DNA from: Paraspadella gotoi
Taxonomy: Eukaryota > Animalia > Chaetognatha
NCBI GenBank assembly: GCA_051294375.1
Contig: CM119263.1
Coordinates: forward strand, 5,844,382-5,908,381
Reading direction: 5' to 3'
DNA length: 64,000 nucleotides
The translations under genes and the position numbers were made by a program. The notes beneath the pieces were generated by a model. The model had not been told where the DNA came from. It searched no databases and was given only the letters and a program-made list of their open reading frames with translations. Below, one piece after another: positions 54,444 through 64,000 of the stretch; within the stretch, counting starts at the first letter, position 1; each line of letters opens with the position of its first letter.

Positions 54444-55430
54444 TCTCTCTCGTTCCGTCTCACGATTTTTGAAAGTTCGATTTGGTTAAGCTTGGCAAAC
54501 ATTCCCTCGATAATTGATTTATGTTTTGCGATATTTAAATTTCATTATTGCCAAATCCATAGTGAGTGAATTTACTGTAAGTACTGTTTTGAGTATAATT
54601 AGTCCAGCGATCTATTTAACCTATAATCATATCATTAAATTACTTTCCCTTCATTTTCATTTTTTCTAATCAAAATCGAATGTCATCGTTGATGAAGATA
54701 AATGAAGTTAATAGTATTTGCCTTTTTTTACAGACTATTATCATTTTCTATTATATTTTTCCAGCGACCGTACCGCCGCTCTTAAATGTCAACTTGATAA
54801 AAAAAACAGGATCCAATCCTTATAAATAAAATGGAGGCACGTGTTTCCTTTGAAACAAAAGAAACGGCGCGTGATTCCTTGAAAACAACCTTTTGTCGTG
54901 GAAAGAGAGAAAGAAGAAAAAAGAGAAGATAAAAAAAGAGAGAGGAAATAAAAGAAAACAAGTTTAGATGTGAAAAACGAGCGCCGCTTAAGAGAAGAAG
55001 AGAGAAAGTACATCACCTACGATCTTTTGTTTGGAAGAAAGAATTTCCCTTTTTTCTCTCCAACGTAAAAGGTTCCCCCGTTAGCCTTTTGTTCTCCCGA
55101 GTTTCTTCGTTTTCAAAGAGGAAGATAGACGGCGCTCGTTTCTCAGATTCGTTGCATGCATTGTGAACGAGGAAGTTGTAAACAACGATGTCGAATATAT
55201 CACTTGTCATTACGGAAGATTCCTATTTTATCGGGATGTCTTTCCTTCTAGTTAATAAAAAGATTATGACAGAAATATTCATTATGATATATTAGTAGAA
55301 TTAGTTTTACGTAAATTCAAAATCACCATTGATAAACTAATTTACCATCCCAGGAGTCAAAAACTTAAATGGAACCAAATCAGAACAAGCAATTCTCAAT
55401 GTTGCAAAAAAGGTAAAAAAATTGTAAACA

Positions 55431-58400
55431 TCATTTACAATTGTTTACGAGTGAATAAAACGCTGACGATCGATCGTTCAAAAGTTTTTCAGTTTTGTCA
55501 AATTCAACGACTTTCCCTTCATCAAGAACCAGAATTTTGTCGTAATCAAAAATGGTATTGATTCTATGAGCGATCGCTATGATAGTGCTGGTAGAAAATT
55601 CATTGCGAATGGTTTCCTGAAAAAGGAACATAATAAAAAGCTAAAAACTATTTTTTAAGTTCATTATATTTTATAAATTATTATTTTAGAAATTGATTGT
55701 AAAATATATTAGTCAATTACTTGAATTAAAGCATCGGTTTTTTCGTCAACCGAAGCCGTAGCTTCGTCCAAAACAAGAATCTTGGACCTTCTCATCAAAG
55801 CTCTTGCCAGACAAACGAGCTGTCTTTGCCCAACAGACAAATTTCCGCCAGATTCGGAACATTGAAAGTTGATTCCTTCCGGATGACGATCGACGACTGA
55901 GTTGAGGTGGGCCAACTCCAGCACGCGACGGACTTCCTCATCAGTTCTCTCATCGAAAGGGTCGACGTTGAAGCGGAGTGAACCAGAAAAAACTACAGGG
56001 TGTTGAGGAATGATTGAAATGCTTGATCGAAGACGTTCGAGGTCGATGCTCTCTATTGGTTTTCCGTCTATGATAATGCTGCCAGTTTCAGCTTCGAGTA
56101 TTCGAAATATTGCCATAGCCAGAGTTGATTTGCCAGATCCAGTGCGGCCCACCACACCAATTCTCTCTCCGTCAGATATGCGGAGATTAATTCCCTTAAG
56201 CGTGAGGTCAAGCCCATTGCGATACCGCACACTCGAATCTCGAAACTCAATATCTCCACGCGTTGGCCACGTATTTGAAATTAAACTGTTTCGCCTACTT
56301 TCTTCTTTTACTAATGGTTCATTAGAAAGATTGCAATATTCAGCGATCCGTTCCAAAGCCACAAAATGAGATTCAAAAACTGACATTTCAATCATGAGCC
56401 ATTGAATCTGACTGTTCATAAGAAAGGAATATGATAGGCTAACCCCTAACAAACCTGTGAGACAAAGAAAAAAAAATTTCCTGCTCAATAAATATGTATA
56501 GTATATAGAATTAAGATTTTATTGATTTGTTTTTTCATATCTTTTTTCACCAATTGAATGATTTAATAGTATATTTCTCTAATAGGCTGCTTACCGGGAG
56601 TTAGTGAGGGATTAAGTAATGTCAAAACGGCTGTAAAATATTGGATGATTCCACCAATACTTTGAATACAAATTATTATCCACGAGTCGCATGTCAAATC
56701 TCCAAGCCAAGCTGTTGAATTTATATCCATACATTCATAACAGCTTTGTACAAGCTGTTGTTGAGCCTGAAAGGCACGTATTGTAACCAATCCTTTTAAA
56801 GTTTCATCAAACTTAGAATACACTGGCGATTTTGTAATTGCCTCAACACGTTTAAGCTGATTTGAGGTTTTAAGAAAGACTCTTTGAATAAAAAGAAGAA
56901 CACAAGTTAAAATAAAAAAGATAATGAGCATATAGGGACTTATAATACTGATAGTAATCATGCTTGAAATGACGACGAGAGCCCCGTTGAGAACGTCTCG
57001 AGCTGTTTGTGGCAATTGGTCATCAGTGACTTCCATATCTTTCGAAAATCTATCCAAATAAAAATTTTACAATAAAAAGCAATGTTTTCTATGGCAAAAT
57101 TCCCTTTCAACACTATACACTAAATTTATTAGTTTAGTCATCTGTTCTCTGTTACTAAAACATCAAAATTCATAAAATAGTTATCACATGAAGAAATCGG
57201 AATGAACCAGAAGTAAAATTCTGCCAGACAATTTTTTTTCTTTTCCACAAAAAATAGATTCCCATTTATTTTGTTCAGAACAGAATTAAATTAATTATTT
57301 ATTAACTGATTAAATAAAATAAAAGTAATAAACTTACCTATTAATGATTCTGCCAACGGTTACAGTCTCAAAAAACTCCATTGGTGCTCGAATTACTTTC
57401 TCGGTCATTAGCATATGGATTATTCTACTTGCAGTTACACTTCCAATAAAGATAAGAAATGTGCCCATCATGATTAGGATGCCGCTAGATAATGCTAAAA
57501 CTGTATAAATGGCTATAAAATGTGAAAAACTTTTTTGGTTTGGTTCTTCAGTCCAGTTAGACAGCCAAAACGTTGAGGAAACCTCGGTAGCTATACCAAT
57601 TGCAAAAAAAAATGGGCCCCCAAAAAATAATTTCCATGAAGCATGCCTAAACCAAAAACTAAATATTTTAGAACTTACATTTCCAGATAAAACGGCTTCA
57701 TTTTCCAGAAGTTTTCCTGAAATAGCCATCATACATTTTTCTTCAAGGTCATTTTCACTTTTAAGAGGGACCTCCATATTATTTACTTTACTCTTCTCTC
57801 TCCATTTTGTCATCATTGATAAAATGCTTTGTGGGTTTTGTATTAATTCATCATATTTTCCAATTTCTTTTAGCCCTCCATCTTTTAAGCCCAAGATAAT
57901 ATCTGCCGCTTGTAAGAAGTTGGTACTATTTGTCACCATTACTCTTGTTTTATGTCTTAATGACCCATTTGGTCCTAATAAATTTGTAAAGAGGTGCTGA
58001 CCGACATGTGCGTCTACTGCACAGAGAGGATCATCTAGAATATAAGTTTCTTTATTTGCATACGCAGCTCTAGCAAGAGCAACTCGAGCTTTTTGTCCAC
58101 CAGAAATATTGACTCCATTTTCACCAATTTCCGTTGTATCACCAGCTGCAAGCATTTCTATATCAGGTAACAGTGCACAGGAACGTAACACTTCATCATA
58201 CTGAGTTTTTTTGTATTCTTTTCCAAAAAGTATATTATTGCGCAAAGTCGCATAAAATATCCACGGCTGTTGTGAAACATAGGCAATAGTTTCATGATTA
58301 ACTAACACTTCACCCTCTTGCTGTTGGATTTCTCCCAAAATCAAAGAGAGAAGTGATGACTTGCCAGACCCAACTGACCCAACTATACAAACGAGCGCAC

Positions 58401-61400
58401 CACGCGGAATTTTCAAGTTAATGCTATTGAATTTTGGAGACGGTAAATTCCGTGAAATCTTAGCATTAGAAACTTGAATAGCAAATTTGTCATCTGAAGA
58501 AGGTTTTCTCTGAAATTTAACTTCTTCTCGTTTTAAAAATTTTTCTATTCTCTTTCCAGAGATTAAAATTTGAAGACTCATTTTTATTATTTGTGGCATA
58601 AGATATAGGGGTTTTCGCATCACATTGATCAAGCTCAATGTAACAAAGGTAGTCTCAGCTGTAAGTATATTTTTTTCAGAGATAAGAACATAGATTGTAA
58701 AAGAAAATATAGCCATTAACATCGGGACAACAGCAAACATAAAGCTAACAGATGCTGAAGCAATAAGAGATTTTAACAAGTACTTAGTTTCTTTTTCTCT
58801 GATTTGTAAGATTTTTTTCTGAAATAAACACGGATCTTTTCAAGTGAAAAAAAATTCGACTTAGTGCACACCTGTACTCAAAAAAAGAGGACAGCCTAAA
58901 ACATTAAGAAACTAAATCAGTAAATTACGTAAGATTCCTTCATTTTGAGGATATTTTATGTCACTAATGTTCATGAAAAAAGGAAGTATCGTGAAAATTT
59001 GGTTAAAATTTGACCATTCGTTAGTTATTTTTTATAAGTAACTACCCAAACAGAACGTTAGATTAGTAGAAAATTAACGTATTCTTAACGTCTTGAGTTT
59101 AAGGCGCTTTTGAATAACTAGATCGATTTCTAATATACATATGGATTCCCCTTTTACTTCCATTTAACGTACATAATTTTTTATGATACATTCATGAAAC
59201 GGATTAAAATCCACCAACCATTCATCAGCGGCCATTGGTGCCAGAGGCAAGTCATTCGCCTCCCAACCCAAAAGGTCCAGGGTTCTAGCCCGGTGGTCGC
59301 CTAGCAGTTAAGAGGGACGGGACGCTTAACCCGCCTGTAACACGATGTTACAGCCTGATCCAAAGCTCAAGGATTGCTTATATTGAACAGTTCTATCACT
59401 AACACATAGCAATTATTACTGTCTCTTCATTGGTGAGCCCGACTTCCGAACACAACAGCAACAACAACACTTTCAGGCGACATGCCTCAACCTGGCGATG
59501 CACTTACCACCAACACAACAATTCACTGAAGAGATGCAACAGACTTCTCCCTACGGGTGGGGGGGATGTATGGTGGATTAAAATCCACCAACCATTCATC
59601 AGCGGCCATTGGTGCCAGAGGCAAGTCATTCGCCTCCCAACCCAAAAGATTCTCGCCCGGTGGTCGCCTGGCAGTTAAGAGTGACGGGGCGCTTAACCCG
59701 CCTGTAACACGATGTTACAGCCTGATCCGAAGCTCAGGGATTGCATATATTGAACGGTTCTATCACTAACACATAACAATTATTACTGTCTCTTCAGTGT
59801 CCTCTTTTTTGCTAAGGTCTGCAAATTCAAAAAAATATAAATATTTTTAAAAAAAAATAACAAAATAGATACTATATAGTATCAAAACACACCTGAATAG
59901 ATTTTTCCCAAGCATAAAGTTTTAAAATCTTGACGCCATGAAAAATTTCAGCTAGTAATTTTACTCGTTCGTCTTTCAAAATTATATTCTTCTTTTGAAA
60001 TCTGACTTGAAGTTTCCCAAAAAAGTAATTCAGTGGAAACATTAGTAATAAACATCCAATGGTGCAAAATGTCGCGACACCAATTTGAAGCCACATTAAG
60101 TAACAGCAAAGGATAATCTAAAAATATCCATCATTATAAGAACAACTTTTACGACTTCAAGCAAATATACATCTCTATTACCTCTATTGTTCCCCAAATA
60201 AGTGAAAAGATAAACTTGATAAATAGTAAATATCTTAAAGCATCAACACTCATCAGATTAAGGATTTGGCCAGTTTCCATATCATGGTGCATTAATACCA
60301 GTCGAAGACTCTTGTGAAAAATGGCCTAAAAGGTTACAAAATAGTACTTATTTTACATTACATTTCCAAATATTTTTTTTTCATTTGAAAAACAACCTGT
60401 ACTATAGTCGTTTTGACACGCATCCCAAGCAAATTTGCTTGCATCAGTGAATGAGAGAAGAAAATTGCTTTTCCGATTTCAAGTATTAGAAGTATGCTCG
60501 AATAAAATATTCCTTTCCATAGCCATTCTCTATGTGACATCTGGTAAAAATTAGTTATATTTTGACTAGAATAGTTAATAAGATCTAATTCTAAAGTCGC
60601 ATTGGGTTTCATCTTGATAACTTGATCTTGTGGAACAATTGATGCGTGAATTAAAAGCTTGTCCAAAATTATTGGCTGTAACACATTTGTAACTGATGGT
60701 ATTGATCTTAGAACAAAGACAAGAAGCAGCTGAGGCCAAAAACACTTCAGAAGAATCTTATTAAAACTGGTTGATGTCTTAAATGACTTGTCGGAGCTAT
60801 GAAATAGGTGTGACAGAATATCAAAAATATTAAAAATGTTAAACTGAATTAATATAATATATTATCAAAATTTAGTAATTTACATTTACGAAAAAAATAT
60901 AATCAATCAATTTACCATTACGGCAATATTGCAAAATGTGAAATTATGGAATTTTTTAATTCTTTTTTTGCAATTTTAATTTATTTTTGAAATTTTGGAT
61001 TTTTGTTTGTCGCTATGTTATTCTAACATACCTATCAGGCTCCTGAGTATCTTTTGAATTAGGCATGTGCTTATCTAATAATTTCCTGACTGAGGTGACT
61101 TTAAGAAATTTCGGAAGTTCTCCAACATCTGTAATTTGAATTTTTTTCTTTCTTGCTTTCATTATTAAAGGACCAAGAAAGAAGAAAGTCAATTTTGATA
61201 TGAGTCCAGCTTTTTCTCTTGGATTCTCACAGAAATAGGGTTGATTTTTTAAATCTGGGAAACAATACAGACAAAATCCAAGAAGGCTGAAACTGAAGAT
61301 TATATAGAAAATAATAAGTTTTGCATCTTCAATCCCGCTTCGATTTTCCTATGAAGGGGAAAAAAAATCATTTTAAAATTATACCCTGTGAGCCAAATCG

Positions 61401-63561
61401 ATTGCTTCAAAACAAAAAATAATCATATATAAGCTAATTGTCTATAGGAAAAATTATGAAACCATTTCGAAAAATAATTGACGTTTTTGAAACATTCTCA
61501 AAATTCTTTCCAAACAAGTAAAAAAAACAAGTTTGAGCAAACAATGTCGGATCTGCTACGAAATTAATTAATTAATTAATTAATCGATTAATTAATTAAT
61601 TAATTTTAATATTTAATAATTAATTATAAATTTATATACAGCTTATCATCATCGATGTCCTTAAATAAAGTAAATGTGACTTATATTTTTTCATTTAAAC
61701 TCATTTCCACTGGCACAATTCCGTCAAAACTTTATATCTAGCTTCTTCACAAACTTTCCTTCCCGCTCACAAAATTTCATCTCAATCTATTATGGGTTAA
61801 AATAAGTAAAAAGAGTCAAGTAAATGTGACTCATTTTTTTTTCATTTAAACTCATTTCCACTCAGCCAATCACGACTCGTGATTCACGAGTTATTGGGGC
61901 TTTTTGCTAAGGTGGGATGGATGGATGGATTGATTGACTGATTAATTAATTAGTTATTAATTAATTGACTAATTGATTAATTAACTGATTAATTATTTGA
62001 TTTATTAATACATCCTGCATATACATTTAATATAAAAGGAAAAAAAATCATAATCAATTAGTGAAACAGGTTTTTTGTTTTTTTCCATTTAAACTCATTT
62101 CCACTCAAACGATTCCATCGAAACTTGGTTTCCTGTTCAATCACACACTTTCCTACTCACATACAAAATTCCAGGTCAATCGCCCCATCTATCTATCTAT
62201 CAATCTACCCATCCAGCTCAATCACACACTTCCCTACCCACACACAAAATTTCATTCAAATCCATCCATCCAATCATGAGTAATTGGTGTTTTTTGCTAA
62301 GGTGGGACGGACGGACGGATGGACGGACGGACGGACATAATTTTTTTTGCATAATTTATCATAATTCGATGTTCTGACATGATATAAGTTAGTGCCTGAC
62401 AATATTGAGGGGGCGGACCGACGGACCGACAAAGTGAATTATAGAGTCGGGATCTGCTGATAAGCAGATCCGACTAAAAACTTGTCATCGCTAACAAAAT
62501 TTTCCCTCATGGAGCAAAAATATTTTTCATTTTTTTATCATTATAAAAGTAAAAGTAAAAAAAATACTGCAACAAACTCACCCCCGTGTAAAACACATGT
62601 GTCAAAAATCTGCCACTTCCGCCCCCGCCACTACCGCCACTACCAGCCTTCCATCTTATAACGTGCTGCAGCATCAGTGCGGCGATAATCGTCAGTGCAG
62701 CATAAAAGATGCAATTTGCTGCGGAGTTTTTGAGGAATCTCCGTCTTTCCTCGATTGTCAAGAAGAGAGAGAAGAGGAGACTGAAGAAGAGGAGGAGGGG
62801 AGAGAGGAATTCAATTGGAGCAAGAAGAGAAAGAGAGGAGGAGAGGCAAAGAGAGGATGAGGAGTTGCCAATGAAATGGGAGGAGGTTGTCTCGTACACA
62901 ACGGTAAGAATCAAGTCTGAAAATTAATGATAACAAATCAATTATGTATTTTTGTCCAGGCTTAGTAGGTATAGTATATATTTTAGTCAATATTGATAAA
63001 AATCTACATAGGTTAATTAAGAAAAAAAAACGTATTAAACGGAACTCCTAGATCAAATCTTAATGGCAACATTTTCCAGACTACGCCATTTCTGTTCCTG
63101 GTTTCAGACCTTAATTTTAATAATGTTAATATTTAACCTTAATAAATATATAGCCCAATCTCAAACTCAAACTTAAACCCTACCTAACTCTAATCTATTA
63201 CCCTAATTTCTTTCTGAATTTGATCTGAAATTGGACACATTTGGAAAATATGGCTCCAAATTTTACCTGCAGCGACAAAGAGCCACAAAATGATCCCAAT
63301 CATCAATTTTGCCAAAAATATATTTGAAGAATTGACGGGCGACCAAAGTGAAGCCAACGGTATTTTCTTTCTTTCGGTTTTCCACAAAGAAATCGGTGCT
63401 AACGTGATTAAACAAGCACCTGGAATTATACCGAGAAGCAGTTTTAACAGGCAGGGTGACAAATCAGGTGACGGGGTCCACCAGGCCACGTAATCGTCCC
63501 AAATAGGCGTGGCTCCGCAAAGAGACGAAGAAAAGATGGCGTTTGAAGTTGTACAATTCAT
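55431..63561 (-). CDS. ABC transporter subfamily C, long MRP type (TMD0-lasso-TMD1-NBD1-TMD2-NBD2), ABCC1/MRP1-like, ~1523 aa
   Basis: Exons 63561-63267, 62916-62582, 61348-61032, 60796-60397, 60325-60182, 60117-59893, 58818-57338, 57049-56595, 56454-55721, 55616-55431, all GT-AG, total 4572 nt. Walker [10 protein letters not shown] and GRTGSGKST; signatures ISGGQ and LSVGQ; Walker B YILDDP and [12 protein letters not shown]; H-loop IAHR; lasso [14 protein letters not shown]. Confidence 0.95.
59303..59378 (+). ncRNA. Twister-like ribozyme (P5-type) in the 5' LTR, with point changes in T1 and P4'
   Basis: Same layout as 46396-46471; P3 TGTAAC/GTTACA; loop TCCAAAGC. Confidence 0.55.
59431..59443 (+). 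promoter_or_regulatory. Primer-binding site, tRNA-Trp type
   Basis: TGGTGAGCCCGAC (TGGTGAGCCCGACGTG at 38942) versus the complement of the typical animal tRNA-Trp 3' end, TGGTGACCCCGACGTG: one mismatch. Confidence 0.8.
59555..59566 (+). promoter_or_regulatory. Polypurine tract
   Basis: GGGTGGGGGGGA abutting the TG start of the 3' LTR. Confidence 0.8.
59670..59745 (+). ncRNA. Twister-like ribozyme (P5-type) in the 3' LTR
   Basis: GA CGG...TAA CCC GCC TGTAAC-ACGAT-GTTACA G CCTGA T CCG AA GC TCAGG; one P2' substitution (GGGA to GTGA). Confidence 0.6.
61520..62480 (-). mobile_element. Non-autonomous Helentron-associated (HINE/DINE-1-like) element in ABCC intron 2
   Basis: Minus strand 5' TTTTTAGTCGGATCTGCT-TATC-AGCAGATCCCGAC palindrome, (GTCC)n microsatellite, internal repeats; 3' inverted subterminal copy (+ strand GTCGGATCTGCT at 61546-61557), hairpin GTTTG-CT-CAAAC and T-run. 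Confidence 0.75.
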
Positions 63562-64000
63562 TGTCTGAGTAAAATAAAGGGTCAAATAATGAATAATGGG
63601 AATGTTGATGTTTACAATACTATTTTTTCAAAAACCCTAAATAACAATAAAAATGAGTTATTTTGTTTAGACCATTAATTTTAAACGACTAATAATTTCA
63701 ACAATTTACGAGCAAATTGAATAAACAGGTTTCTCGGCTTTGAAAATTCTTCAGAAGTCTGAATTCAGAGATTCAAATTTTAAAGCAAAACAGGTCACTT
63801 TAATCTGAAAAGGGTCGAGTTTAAATATGTAGTATTAGATATGTTATATATATATTAAAGCGTAGCAAAAGTATTATAATCAAGGAGAATCAAAATTTGA
63901 AAAGTAGATCATGAACAGGCTTGTAAACATTTTTAAATAAAAAATTATTTTAAATTTTTCAATTTTTGCATACGCCTATATTTATACATAGTACTCACCA

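Larger units (their letters stand above)
59201..59796 (+). mobile_element. Near-complete TRIM (non-autonomous LTR retrotransposon) in ABCC intron 6: 5' LTR 59201-59429 (first ~8 nt missing), PBS, 137-nt internal region, PPT, 3' LTR 59567-59796
   Basis: Two ~230-nt direct repeats; 3' copy runs TGTATGG...CTCTTCA. TGGTGAGCCCGAC follows the first copy after 1 nt; purine tract GGGTGGGGGGGA immediately precedes the second. Confidence 0.88.

Overview
AT-rich, microsatellite-dense, intron-containing DNA from an animal (most likely an invertebrate) draft assembly. The first ~20 kb and 30.2-33.9 kb are dominated by noisy, indel-rich duplicated sequence next to four exactly 25-N gaps, which looks like raw long-read gap filling. 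Three protein genes were reconstructed by hand with consistent splice phases: (1) a minus-strand EGF/Ig ectodomain fused to an XK-related (Xkr scramblase-like) multipass region in one 4.3-kb exon; (2) a 14-exon plus-strand gene for a ~747-aa protein with four tandem globin-like domains, none showing a proximal F8 His; (3) a 10-exon minus-strand long ABCC/MRP transporter (~1523 aa). The most striking signal is a family of tiny non-autonomous LTR retrotransposons (TRIMs). It includes one near-complete LTR-PBS(tRNA-Trp)-PPT-LTR element and several solo LTRs, two with perfect 4-bp TSDs. Most of the LTRs carry a tRNA-like Pol III head followed by a twister-like ribozyme fold with covarying stems, in two circular permutations. 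All assignments come from reading the sequence; no searches or folding programs were run.
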